Origin: the human T2T-CHM13v2.0 reference genome, Homo sapiens
Strand: one strand, 5' to 3'
Length of the DNA: 64,000 bases
Assembly (NCBI RefSeq): GCF_009914755.1
Contig: NC_060927.1
Position 1 is the first letter of the stretch. Each line of letters starts with the position of its first letter. The position numbers and the translations under genes are program-made. Below are positions 28,828 to 43,642 of this stretch, piece after piece. The notes under the pieces were generated by a model, which was given only the letters and a program-made list of their open reading frames with translations, did no database searches and was not told where the DNA came from.

Positions 28828-28927
28828 CATTCATTCATTCACTCATTCATTCATTCACTCACTCATCCATTCATTCATTCACTCATTCATTCATTCATTC
28901 ATTCATTCATTCATTGGTTCATTCATC
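28828..28927. repeat. (TTCA)n microsatellite at an L2 tail
   Basis: CATT/CACT tetramer run. Confidence 0.9.
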
Positions 28928-29144
28928 ACAGGACTCTGAGGATTCAGCACTGGACGAACTCCCTGCCCTGAAGAGCTTACACTTTAGTGGTGATCAGCCT
29001 AATAGAGAGACTCAGCCAGGGTTAAAGAGCTCAAGTCAGGGAGCCATGAACTACACCACCAGGTAGACCTTACTCCATTAAGAGGGCTTCTGACCACCAG
29101 GATTTTATGTTTTGTCTCTGAAAGTGATCCATCTCCTTAATTCC

Positions 29145-29218
29145 CCATAGTAAATATCCTAATACATATATGCATGTAAACCATAGTAAATATCCTAATA
29201 TATATATGCATGTAAACC
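29145..29218. repeat. 36-bp tandem duplication
   Basis: CCATAGTAAATATCCTAATA(C/T)ATATATGCATGTAAA x2, one mismatch. Confidence 0.92.
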
Positions 29219-31036
29219 TGGATGGTGCTGGAACGCACAACTATGTCGTATGAGGAAAAGGTGATGGAAATGAGACTAGCCTAAGGAGGGAGGCTCCAGG
29301 GGTATGTGGGAACCGTTTCCATTGATGTGGAGGACTGTCATAGGGAAAGGAGAGAAGACTGTTCTGAGAAGACACAAGGCAAGAACAACCAGAACAAATG
29401 GGTAGAAATCACAGGGTTATAATTTGAGGTTCAATTTGTTGGAAACTTCTTACAATCAGAGGGGCTCAAAGACATATTGGACAGCTTAGTAAGGTAGTGA
29501 GCTCCCTGCCACCAGAGGCATTCAAGCAAAAACCAGATAATCAGGTGTCAGATGTTCTAAGTCAGGTTCAAGCCTCAAAGTGGGTGTTGGAATAAAGAAC
29601 TGCTAAGGTACTTAACAGATTCCTGACCCTGGTAGGTTCTCTTCCTTTTTATGCTATCCCTTGCCTCATCCCAGTATTTGAAATCGCAAGGGAACAGTGA
29701 TGGTCTCAGAAATGGTGCCTAGGTTGGCAAAAGCAGGGTGGTGCCTTCAGCATGTCACATGAGAAAAAGAGTACATCTTGCCCTCATTGTCATGAGATAG
29801 TTGAGGGTACCGCGAACCAACATTTAGCAAATTCAGCCATCATTAGTCACAGATACTACTAACACAAATGGAAATGTTAAAAAGAATCAGTTTGAATGAA
29901 AGATCCATGGTTTCTGCTTTAAAGTTAATCATGTAGGGGTAACATGTCCCCTCCTTCCATCTTCAGAGGGGACAAACCCATCTTGACTGGTCCCTGCCTT
30001 TGGTGGCACTGAGGAGAAGGCTCGTTTGTAAGGCTCATGATTTCATCACTCTTGGCTTCCTTCTAGTGCCCTTGCATTTCTGCCTGGATCTCCAAAGCCT
30101 ATGTTCTTTGTGTTTGGGTCAGGCCAGGGCCTGACTCCTGATGGCAGGTTGTCCATCAGAACAACTACCTTCTGCATGGGCCATTTTCTTCCTCTGGACC
30201 GCTCTCTCCTGCCTCTGTCGACAGCAATCTGCCCCTCCTTCCATGCTTAGCATGAAGTCCACTTCCTTCCTAAAGAGGGCCCTGGTCTGGGCACTGTTTG
30301 ACTACAAGTTATTTCTCCTGCAATGGGAAATGGGCTACCAGACTCTCAGAGACCCAAGTGCGATGTCGACCACAACAGAGACCCGTCTCACTGGTGGAGT
30401 CCTGTGACAGTCATGCTTGACTCTAACGTCTTTGGGGGCAGTGAGAGCCATTAGCAAAGTGCACTTTTCATTAAGGGGCCCAGCGAGTGGCCACTCAGTC
30501 AAGTCACAGAAGTATGTTTGGCTTTCTGCTCCTGTTCAGATCATCAAATGAACCTGTGAGCCCCCAAGCAGCTCTTCCTAGAGGGGGAGCAAATGAAGGA
30601 CGTGGGTTCTACATACATATATGTGTTTAGAAGCTTTTGGCTTTACGTTTAGCCACAGGAAAGGGCCCTGGATTGAGATTCAGGCCACATGGATCCTCAT
30701 ATTGGTGTGGCCACTAAGTTACTGTATGGCCATGCACCTGTGCTGTCAGGGCCTCAGTGTCCTCATTTGTAAAGCCAGGGGAGGTTGACTAGATTATCTC
30801 GAAGGGCCTTCCAGACAACGCTCTTCCAGTTCTGACAGTCTGTGCTCATGACAGTCCCATGACTTTGAAAATAAACACATGGTTAATGTTCGTTCTAGAA
30901 ACACTTGCCATACATTAATTTGGTGGCTGGCATTGTGCTGGAAGTTGGGGATACAAAGAGTGAATAAAATACAGTCACCAGCCATAAGGAGCCCATAGTC
31001 TACTGGGGGAGACAGAGAGTTAAAGACGATACTATA

Positions 31037-31474
<438 letters not shown>

Positions 31475-32326
31475 GACTATTATAACAGGGCAAGTGCAGA
31501 GGTAAGGATGCACACAAGGGCATGTGGAGAGGCGATGAGTAGGCCTAGGCGGTTTACCTGGAGAAAATGGTATCCAAGATGGCTCTGTAAGAATGAGTAA
31601 GCCTTGGCCGGGACAAATGGCAGGAGGAGGTCATATCAGTTAGATAGAGCCACATAAGGCATGGCAGGAAGGGAAAAACCACTCTCATGAGCATGGGGAG
31701 AAGCATAGGCTATTCTCTGTGGCTGGTTCATAAATTAGGAGTCCAGGAGAAAACAATGAGGTTGGAGACATAGGCAGGTGCCAGACCTGAACATTCTCAT
31801 GTGTTATACTGAGGAGTGGGAGTGTACCGTGTGGCTGATGGGAAGCCATTTTGAAGGTTAAAAGGGGAAGAGAGAAAAGGTCAGAGGTGTGGTTTGGTAA
31901 GTATTGAAGGTGGCTTTCAGAGGGGCAGGTTGAAGGGAGGAGAGACTTCGGAGCCTGGAGGAGGGAGGTGGGCTTGGGTGTGGACGTGCTTTTTGTAGGT
32001 TGGCAGGGGCTGGAGGTTGCTCTAACTGCCTCGTTTTTGTGGGGGAAGAACCCGGTCAGTTCTGCTGAGCTCTGGGGGAGCCAGTGGCTTTGGGAAACTA
32101 GTGAGGACTTAGCGTATGTGTTGAGGAGAGTGGGAGAGGGAAGAGAGTCAGGATAAGGGAAAAGATGGCTGGATGGGAGGTGTACTGCTGCTGGAACAAA
32201 CTGCCACGAACGTAGGGGCCTAAATCAACACAAATTCACAGCGCTGCAGGTTAGAACCCAACACGGGCCTCACTGGGCTAAAACCAAGGTGTCTGATAGC
32301 CACTTTAAAGAAGCAAAAAGAAATAG

Positions 32327-32551
<225 letters not shown>

Positions 32552-32785
32552 AGAGAAATACGTAAAATTAATCTGAATAATTTATTTAAATCAACATAGC
32601 CAAAATACTATCATTCAATATATAATGAATATAACATTATGAAGATTTTTTGCATTCTTTTTGTTTTACTAAGTCCTGAAAATCCAGTGTGTAGTTCATA
32701 CTCGTAGTGCGTCTAAATTTGGGCCAGCTATGGTTCAAGTGGCAGCAGCAGCCTGTGGCTGGTGACTGCGTACTGGGCCGCACAG
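32552..32785. mobile_element. MER33-like hAT MITE (also ~32298-32331)
   Basis: TACTAAGTCCTGAAAATCCAGTGTG...TGTGGCTGGTGACTGCGTACTGG resembles the MER33 end. Confidence 0.65.
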
Positions 32786-34281
32786 GCTGCAATGCTCTCC
32801 CCCATCTCTTTGCAGGTTCATCTCATTCCTGTCTCTGCCCAGAGCCACCTTCCCTGGCCATGCTGTCTAAACCAGCCACCTTCCACTCCTAGCACTGCCT
32901 CCTTTTCTCCAGAGACTTTTCACTATCTGCTATTTCATTAGTTTTTTGTTTACTGTCTGCCCTCCTGCCTCCACCAGAGGCTATAAATCCCATGCAGGCA
33001 AAGACCTCTCTATCTGTCCTCTTTAGTGCTATATCCCCAGCAACTATGTGACATTCATGGGAGACTCTCCACAAGTATTTACTAGATGACATTGAAGATT
33101 CCAGATTCGTCATGTGTCATCTCTGAAGTCAATGTCCACTGAGTGGGATGTTGGAGGAGGGGCGAGAGGAAGGAGCATTATGTAAGACGTAAGGTGGGAG
33201 GAAGCTGGTCCAAATCCTCTGTGAGATGAAAGGCTTACTCCTGGATGTCAAGTTTAGGGCTGGGACTCCTGATGGCAGCATTTCCTTCCAACTGCGACCC
33301 GGTGGTGTGTAGTTTCAACCACTAGCTTATCTGGTTTGACGAGAAACCATCCACCGAGCAGCATGTCTGCCTGCTACCAGTAGATGGGGGCAGTGTCATT
33401 AAAAAAGTACACTGCAGTTTCTAACCTGTTTCCCAGCTCCACTTTGCTGACAGTCTGTTCTGGAGTTGCCCTGTCTCAGATCTGTGATGTGGACTCCCAC
33501 ATGGTGCTGCCAGCTCTCCCAGCTGAAGAAACGCAGCCTTAATTGTGATGTGTGCTTCAGGTGGGGTGGTCAGCTTCTGCATAAGGTGAGGCGGGCCCTA
33601 GAGGCTGGCACAGGTCCAGGCCACAAGGGGACCGCGGGTTCTCCTCCAGGGCATGACTCACACCAGGGTGTTCACACTGGCCTAGAACCTTTCTGTTCTC
33701 CCAAGGTTGGAAACAAGCTTATTAGGAAGGCGGTCAAGGCGTGACATAGCCTCGTCAACAGGAGCAGCTCTGTGGGCCTGTGCCGCTGGGACTGGCACTC
33801 CGGCTGCTGCTGAACAGCCCGGCCCACCAGTAGACTCCTCCCTGCCTCTGTGGGCCACTGGGGTCCATGCCACTGCATGAAGTGCAAAGTGGTGCCTCTC
33901 GCTGAGGCTGAGACCAGCCTTAGCTCCTGCTACTACTCCCTCTTCCTCTTCCCCAAACCCTCTTGAGCCTTGGAACTTTGAGCGATTTGGAAATGATCAC
34001 TGCTTAAACATGATGTCTGCTTTTGTGGAGTTCAAGATTATGGACCTACTAAAGGTCACTGAACACAGCCTCATTTGATATGTTTTTACCAGAGTTTTTG
34101 TTCTTTAGAGCGTGTGCTATCTCCTTCATTGCCACTACAAGATAGCCTAGAAATTTAAGGAATTAATGTTGCCTTAAATGGCTTATTATAGTACTAACTA
34201 CCTCATTCCAACAGCATGTCTGGTATCCCTCCATTAACCCATCAGTGCAGCTGAGGAGTAAGGCATTATAGCTCTGGTTGA

Positions 34282-34750
<469 letters not shown>

Positions 34751-36269
34751 TAATTTTGCTACCCTCTATACCCATAAAGCCCTTCAGTCTTTTCCTATTT
34801 GGATAAATTCTGTTCATCTTTCAAAGGTCACCACCTCCATGAAGCCTTTTCTGATTTTCCTAGTCACAATGAATGCTTTCTTCCTCCAGCTTCTCATAGT
34901 GCTTTGAGTCTTTCTCATAGCATTTAGCCCACTCTGTCTTCTTGTCCACATGCATATCTTGCTCATTAATTCTAGTTACTGAGTGCCTATTTGTACCATA
35001 TTGGGGATACAGGGTACTTGCAGAGAACCCACAGTCCAGTGGAAACCCAGAGTTGGGTAGAGTTTACAACCTTCATTGGACTAGGAGGCAGGAATCCCGT
35101 CTGCTCCTAGCTCAGGGCCTGGCACCAAAAGGTAGTCAGAAAAGTAACTTAAATGGAAACTCAGCATCAACGACTCTGAGAAAATTGAGTTAGATTTCAA
35201 AGGAAGGTTAAAAGTTGGCAAAGGTAGAGGGTGGGCAGGGGTCAGTTTTATTTTGTTGGAATATCCCAAGGGAATTTCCAGGTATGGTTGCAGTGACTCT
35301 GGCATGAAGACCTGGCGTGGAAGCCAGAGACATCAAAGATCCCCAGGGGACTGGGATGGTGGGAAGGGATCACTGTCCTCCTCCAGGACCAGGCTGGGAG
35401 TTTGATGCAGGATCATTCGGACATTGATCCCACTCCAGCCATACGTCTTTTTGCTTTGACTGACCATACCATAGAGGCAAGCAGGCTGTTTCAAGGGCCC
35501 AGAAATGAGTTACTGGCTAAGGGTCAAGCCGGTCAGAAGACAACTACACTGTCCAGTTGGCACATGATAAAAGCAATACTGATGCAATTATCACTCCCAT
35601 TGGAGGGTGGCCTGGCATTATTTGTCACTTAAATAAAAAACGTCATTTGAATTTTTACTAGGAATTCTCATCCAAAATATGTCAATGATAGAATGAAACC
35701 GCATGACCGGCTTGCCAAAGTAAACTAAGTCCTAACGACACACGAGCATTAGAAATTGTGTGTATCTCAGAAAACTGCTCTACCCTGAGGCCTGACAGCA
35801 GGAGGGGGTCTTGCCGGGGTTCGGACGGGGAAGCGCCTTATTCATTGACGGTATTCTACAGTAGTCACCCCAATCATGTTACCACTCACCTCACTTTACA
35901 CTGTCTGCTGCTTACCTGTGAATACGAGCTCAAGATAGTGAGAGATAAGCCTTGGTGTTTTGTGTGCATCTCTCTTTTCTTTAATGGAATACAATTCTGA
36001 AAATAATATTAAACAGCACCCAGTCATTCTCAGAAAGCCGTCACACAACGAAGAAACCACTATTTTCCCAAACTTTTTGTACAGGAAATTATAATCTGTA
36101 ATCTCATCTTCTGCCACCTCCCTCAGAAGTTTCGATCTAGACATACATGTATTCAGTGAGTGGCAATTCAGCCTGGGGGGTGGAGTGTCAGGATTCAAAT
36201 CTTTTTGCTGCGGGGTAACCCCAGGTCCCAGTGATTTCCATAGACAAAAGAGATGCTGGTAAATTTGGG

Positions 36270-36470
36270 ATGTAATTGGCGGATTGGACCGGTCTCCCCG
36301 CTCCCTCGACCAATGGCTGTCACGCGGTCCCTTTAAGAAACCAGGAATCCGCCCGGAGTCGGAGCCCAAAACAGATCCTCTTCTCTGCTCCTCCCCTGTC
36401 CCCGCGCGGCGAATGGTTCGCGCCGGCCTATATTTACCCGAGATCTTCCTCCCGGACGGCAAGGATGTGA
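36270..36470 (+). promoter_or_regulatory. FAM43A core promoter
   Basis: Two inverted CCAAT (ATTGG) at 36275-36287, CCAAT at ~36310, GC box, TATA-like TATATTTA at 36429-36436; implies TSS near 36460. Confidence 0.75.
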
Positions 36471-37404
36471 GGCAGGCGAGCCGGACGCCGCTCGCAGCAC
36501 CGGAGAGGGCGCACTGCAAAGGCGGGCAGCAGACCGTGGAGAGCCCGGGAGCGGAGCTGGACACCGCCTCGGAGGGAAGAAATGAGGTAGCGGCGGTTCC
36601 CGGACCCGGCCATGCCCGTCCCCTGTTCTCGGAGCCCAGCGCCGTCTCGGCCAGGCCAGCCCGGACACTGAGCGGGCCGAGCGCGAGTCCCCGGCGTCCG
36701 GCGGAGCGAAGATGCAGTGAGTCCCCGCGGGACTGCTGCGCGGGGCCCGCCGCGGCCAGCCGGACCCAGCATCCGACCGCACTTTGGGCGAGCTGCTGAC
36801 TTGAGACCAGCCCAGCCGGGGGGCTTTCCGTCTCCAGCACCCCTCAGAGGTGGGGAGCACCGGCCCCTGGGCACACTCGCTGTAGAGTTTCCGCGGGTTT
36901 TGGCCCCAGTCCTGAGGGTTGTGTGTGTTAGGGGACCCACCTCACGTTCGCCGAGGAGTTCCTGCATATTCTTGCACCATCCCGGGTGCTGTTGCTGGGG
37001 CTCTCTTTATTTGCACGCGCGCTTCTAGCTTTTTTCCTGACATTTTCCACTCCACGCTCGTTCTTTCTCCCTTGCATTTTGTTGCTTGCCTGAGACTCTT
37101 TGCTCTCGCCCTTGCCCAGGCTGGGGTAATTCTGTGTGCGCGCGTGTCTCCCCCGCACCAACCTTTTTTGCACACTCGAAGCTGAATATTTTCTTTTTTA
37201 GAGAATTTACCCGCACCTCCTGCGGGGTTCCTAAGCACTCTCTCTGCTCCCCTACCCCCAACTCCCTACCACAGGGCCGCTCCCAGTAGTTTTATTCTTC
37301 GATCTTGCCCGGGCCGAGCCTGGCAGGGGCCGGTGGCTCAGCGGGCCTCGCACCCGGCGCTCCGCCGCCGCCGCCGCCCAGCTGCGCCGGGGCGCCCTCC
37401 GGAG

Positions 37405-38676
37405 ATGCTGCCGTGGAAGAAGCACAAGTTCGAGCTGCTGGCCGAGGCGCCGCCGCGGCAGGCGTCCAAGCCCAAGGGCTACGCTGTGAGCCTGCACTAC
37501 TCGGCGCTCAGCTCGCTGGCGCGGGCGTGCCCCGAAGGCGCGCTTAGCCGGGTGGGCAGCATGTTCCGCTCCAAGCGCAAGAAGCTGCACATCACTAGCG
37601 AGGACCCAACTTACACCGTGCTCTACCTGGGCAATGCCACCACCATCCAGGCGCGCGGCGACGGCTGCACCGACCTTGCTGTGGGCAAGATCTGGAGCAA
37701 GAGCGAGGCGGGCCGTCAGGGCACCAAGATGAAGCTGACGGTGAGTGCGCAGGGTATCCGCATGGTGCACGCCGAGGAGCGCGCGCTGCGCCGCCCGGGC
37801 CACCTCTACCTGCTGCACCGCGTCACCTACTGCGTGGCCGACGCGCGGCTGCCCAAGGTCTTCGCCTGGGTGTACCGGCACGAGCTGAAGCACAAGGCCG
37901 TGATGCTGCGCTGCCACGCCGTGCTGGTGTCCAAGCCCGAAAAGGCGCAGGCCATGGCCCTGCTGCTCTACCAGACGTCGGCCAACGCGCTGGCGGAATT
38001 TAAACGCCTCAAGCGGCGGGACGACGCGCGTCACCAGCAGCAGGAGCTGGTGGGCGCACACACCATCCCGCTAGTGCCGCTGCGCAAGCTGCTCCTACAC
38101 GGACCCTGCTGCTATAAACCGCCGGTGGAGCGCAGCCGCAGCGCGCCCAAGCTTGGCTCCATCACCGAGGACCTGCTCGGCGAACAGCTGGAGCAGGAGC
38201 TGCAGGAGGAAGAGGAAGAGGAGCAACCCGAGGGCTGCCCGGAGGAGGAGGAGAACCGTGCGGCAGAGGGAGATCCAGCAGAGGAGGAGGCCGAGGCGCA
38301 GCGTGCGCTAGTGGTCGCCATGCACTTTGAGTGCGGGGACTTGTTGGATACTCTGGAGAATGGCCGTGGGGAGGCGCTAGGAGGCGGCGGGGGCTCCCTG
38401 GGCCCGGGGGCCGGGCCGCCGCCTCTGCTGCTGGGCAGCGCCTCCGACATGAAGGCTGAGCTGTCGCAACTTATTAGCGACCTGGGCGAGCTCAGCTTCG
38501 GCAACGACGTGCGCACCCTGCAGGCCGACTTGCGGGTGACGCGCCTGCTGTCGGGCGACAGCACGGGCAGCGAGAGCTCCATCGAGGGCGGGGGCCCTGA
38601 CGCCACCTCCGCCACCGCCGGGGACTCGTCCCGCCAGGCCGACGGCGCCAGTGCAGACGAGCCCCACTCGGGCTGA
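37405..38676 (+). CDS. FAM43A: FAM43A, single coding exon, 423 aa, PTB/PID-like domain plus acidic C-terminal region
   Basis: ATG at 37405 (gagATGc) inside ORF 37333-38676; MLPWKKHKFELL...DEPHSG recognised; YTVLYLG...FAWVYRH...CHAV PTB-like signature; strong GC3 bias. Confidence 0.97.
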   Translation: MLPWKKHKFELLAEAPPRQASKPKGYAVSLHYSALSSLARACPEGALSRVGSMFRSKRKKLHITSEDPTYTVLYLGNATTIQARGDGCTDLAVGKIWSKSEAGRQGTKMKLTVSAQGIRMVHAEERALRRPGHLYLLHRVTYCVADARLPKVFAWVYRHELKHKAVMLRCHAVLVSKPEKAQAMALLLYQTSANALAEFKRLKRRDDARHQQQELVGAHTIPLVPLRKLLLHGPCCYKPPVERSRSAPKLGSITEDLLGEQLEQELQEEEEEEQPEGCPEEEENRAAEGDPAEEEAEAQRALVVAMHFECGDLLDTLENGRGEALGGGGGSLGPGAGPPPLLLGSASDMKAELSQLISDLGELSFGNDVRTLQADLRVTRLLSGDSTGSESSIEGGGPDATSATAGDSSRQADGASADEPHSG

Positions 38677-39592
38677 GCTCCTCCGCGCGTCGCCGGCGCT
38701 CCACCGTGGCTACCCATCCGTGGTCCCGACAACCTCCCTGTCCCTTGCCCGCCCCCAGGAAGGGGGAAATGGGGCATTTGGGGCCCAGACCTACACTTGG
38801 AGCCCAGGTCCAGCGTTCCCCCGACCGCTTTCCCCTACCTCCCGGCCCCCGCTCCCGCCCCAGCACTTTTGGCTCTGTTGCGCGTGGGGATGCGGGGAGA
38901 TTTGAGAGGGGAAAACCCCGCCAGGAGGGAGAGAGAGGCACCCCTCTGGGATGCGGGTGAGGGAAGGTTGGCTGAAGTTCCTAGTCTCAGGCCGTAGGTG
39001 CCTGGCCAGTTTCCTGTTTGTGGGGCAGCTGGGGCCTGAGGAGGAGGGGTTCACTTCCTCCTCCCACCCCCTGGGAGCGGCCCTGCGCTGTCACTGACAT
39101 CTCATTAAAAAAAAAAAAAAAATTTGCTCTCAAGGTGTTTGAGGCTTTAATGCAACCCTTTAGCCCTTGGTTCTTTTTGGTGCAAGAATTCTGGCTGTTT
39201 ACCTCAGACTCAGACCCCTGAAATGTTGCCAAATTCTTCAAATAACTGTTTGGGGGGTGGGGGGAGATGAAAGAGAGTCGCGTTTTGTTTACAGTTAAAG
39301 ACATCCAATATCTTAAAAAGGAGTTTTCCTTTAGAAACACACACACCCTTCCTCTTGCTCAAAAGATCTCACTCCATGATACTGTGTAAAATATTTTTGC
39401 ACTGTTGTGAAGTATTTTTGACTTTTTTCTGTACATAACTGTGTTCTCAGAGCTGAATGTTTATATCTTTTGCTGTGCAAAAGAAACATGTAAAATGTTG
39501 TTCAGTTGTATATACAGAAATGTGTATAAAACATTTTGTTATTTTTTAAAAGTAGCACTGTTCTGGTTCTGTTTGCACGCCAGTGGGGAGAG

Positions 39593-39598
39593 AATAAA
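39593..39598 (+). terminator. FAM43A polyadenylation signal
   Basis: AATAAA after an AU-rich distal 3'UTR with UGUA elements; GT-rich sequence downstream. Confidence 0.7.
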
Positions 39599-40605
39599 GA
39601 GGAAAATTTAACAGAACAGGTGAGCGTCTGGAACTGCTGCGTTGGGGTGGGAGAGGCTGTGTCTGACCCTGGGATGGTGTCATAAGACAGTCTTTGGCCT
39701 TTCCTGTGCTTGGAGAGAATTAGGGAAGGAAGGTCCACTTTATGCGCCATCTGGGGCCTTCCTGGACCTCCACAACTCTGGGTGCTGTGTCTGGGACCAG
39801 CCTTTTCTTGTATTATCCTGTATTTTTCAGTAATTAAGTTGTGTGATCTTTTTCTGGTCTTTTGGAGAGGCCACGGTGAGTTCCATATCGCACTCCCAGA
39901 CCTGTGAGGTTATTTATGGAGGAGTGACTTCCAGATCTGCTGAGATTTTACTACCTCCTTCTGTGGGCCATGCTAATAATCAAGCGTAAGGAGACTACCT
40001 TATCTTTTCCTTTACAAACAGCTCAGGGAGCTTTAAAGATGAACTAGAAACCCAAAGAGGAGTTCTCTGAGGAGTGGGGCCATCTCTGTTTTTCCTGGGA
40101 GGAAAACCAAGGAGAGAAAAGTTGACAAGTTCCGATCCTGGTGTGAGTGAGTCACGGTGCAGGTGGGTGGGTGGCTGGGCAGGCTGCAGAGCCCATTTCC
40201 TTCCCTTCTACAACCCAGTGTGACCCAGTTGGGGGATGGCGCGAAGGTCGAGGGGGAGAGGAGCTGTTAGAGCGCGGTATGGGTGTGCATGTTTCAGCGC
40301 TTTCATGCTTTCTGTGTGTTTGTTTCTGTTGTAAACTCCAAACAGATGTCTCTAGTTTGGCTACACCCGATCAGCTGGAAGTTGTAATAAGATGCTGCCA
40401 AAACTGTGCCTTCTGCAAATTATATTTTCCTTTTGCCCCTTGAGGCCTCTCTTCCTGTGTTGCAGAAATGGATCTCACTCCTGGCCTTCCCTGGTGTCCT
40501 GAGGCCACTTTGCTTTGTTTTCATCATAAATATGTTCTGAGCAGCTAGACCCAGAAATCCTAAGGAGTCTGGAATTCACTGGAACCATAGAGGAAAGAGG
40601 GGTGA

Positions 40606-41067
<462 letters not shown>

Positions 41068-42890
41068 TAAGGGCCTTAGGACAAGGTCCAGGCCTTTGAA
41101 TCTATTATATTTTGGCTTGGTTGTGCGTCCCGATCCCTCTCCCTGAATACCTCAGATACACATCATTGAATGACATTAAAAACCCCAGCTAGAGAGAGGT
41201 CAGGAAAGTCCAGTCTCAGCCCAGCCACCCATCCCAGCCCTTCCACACCAGTGTGCTCACCTGATAAGCAGACGGCTGTGTGGGCCATCACTAGCCTGCG
41301 TGACTAGATTTCACATTTGAAATTATTCCCATGCATAGCCAAGTTCCTCTGCTGTTTGAAACTGATGAAGAGATGAGACAGAGTGAAGATAATATGGCTA
41401 ATACTTGGGAGACAGGGCAGGGTCTGTGTGTCTTCATTCTTATCTAGTTTAAGTGTCCTGTGAGAATGCCAATGTTGGCTTTCATCTGTGACTGACAGGC
41501 ATGTGGTGGTTGGTCCAAAAGTTCAGGCAAATAGTGTTGAAACCAACACCATCAATAAATATAAAGCAGCCATCTCTTTAAAGTCTGATATTTCCTCTCA
41601 TGTGATTTATAAATAGGAAGGGGGGCTTGAAGGTTGAGGAGGAGGAAGAAGAAAATAAGCAGGCTGGAAAGAGCCAGCTCCCTTCCTCCTCCGTCTGTGC
41701 CCTCCCCATCTCTCCTTCCTCCCCTCTGCTTTTTGGCATCGATCCCCACTGCACCTCAGAGCTCTGACTGATGTAATTCTAGAAGAGATGTGAAGGTGAC
41801 ACGTGATTCACCTCTTCTGACTTCTCAGTCTTCCAGGGATGATATCACTAGAGTAAGAAGAGATGTTTTGAATGAAAATAAAAGAAAGACCCTAAAACTA
41901 CTTTGCTCCTGGAGCTCAGAGGGAAAAGAATGGAGCGACAAAAGCAAAGCTAAGTCATTAGATAAAATACACCTTCCAGAAAACACCTGAAGTCTGGTTT
42001 ACTCATCAAATTTAGCTTTTCTTTCCTGCAAAGTGAGGCTCATGTTTCTCCATGACTTAACCTGATGGTACTTTAAATGCACTGAGACACTTTCCACGTT
42101 CTTTCCCAGCCTAGGTAATCCTCCGTGTTCAACAATGCAGCATCGACTGCATGAAAAACAGGGTGACTCCCGGCGGCACGCGGTCCTCCAGGGGTGGCAG
42201 CGTGAGTCTGGGAGGAGGCATTCATCGACTCCTCACAGCACAAACATCCCATGTTCACTTCTACCATTTGTCGCATATGTAAGCAGGAAGGTGGGAGGAA
42301 TAAAATGGCATAAAATAAACAATAGTATTTCATACCCTCCCAACTATGACAGCTTCAGAGAACCCCCTCCACACACACGTGTGTGGACACACATGGTTTC
42401 CCTAAAGAAACACCTCTCACTGCCCCACAGTCAGCAGAACAGATTTTAACCAAATTAGAAAGGCTCTGTTATACTAAGAAAGCACAATTCCCTCCCAGGG
42501 GACAGAGCTGTTTTTGAGGGTTCTGCTTGTGAGTAGAGAGAGAACTGGTTGGAAGAATCTACCCCTGGCACCATACTGGAGATTTAAAAATCTCATTGTA
42601 GTTGCCAAGGATCACGAGAAACATAGAAATTCTATTAGGAGCAAGTTGCCGTCTTTTTAAACAGGATTTAGTAATTTAATAAGCAGAACTCTTTCCTCTG
42701 TGTGGTATGCATCAGTAGTCCCAGCATCTGCTGCTAAGTGATGCATGACAGAGCTAGAAATGTGCACGGACTGCTGGGGTAGGAGCCATGACTGACACAT
42801 GGGGAACTACTCAGGGCTCCAGGCAGCCAGGAGGGTGCTAGGCCCAGGGCGCTCTGCACTCTCTGCTCCAGGCTTGTTGCACATGTCCAC

Positions 42891-43642
<752 letters not shown>

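Larger units (their letters stand above)
36270..38900. other. CpG island covering FAM43A promoter and whole CDS
   Basis: very high GC and CpG density by inspection. Confidence 0.9.

Noticed and set aside
33374-33395. CTCF-like motif CCAGTAGATGGGGGCAG (also TAGGGGGCGC near 53976)
   Set aside because: Mismatches at key core positions; not supportable without ChIP data
35896-36840. 314-aa antisense ORF across the FAM43A promoter
   Set aside because: Starts at GTG, low-complexity composition typical of a CpG-island shadow, no recognisable domain; only Ribo-seq or PhyloCSF could rescue it
37252-38941. Long antisense and alternative-frame ORFs over FAM43A (269, 221, 149 aa)
   Set aside because: Expected shadows of a high-GC3 coding sequence
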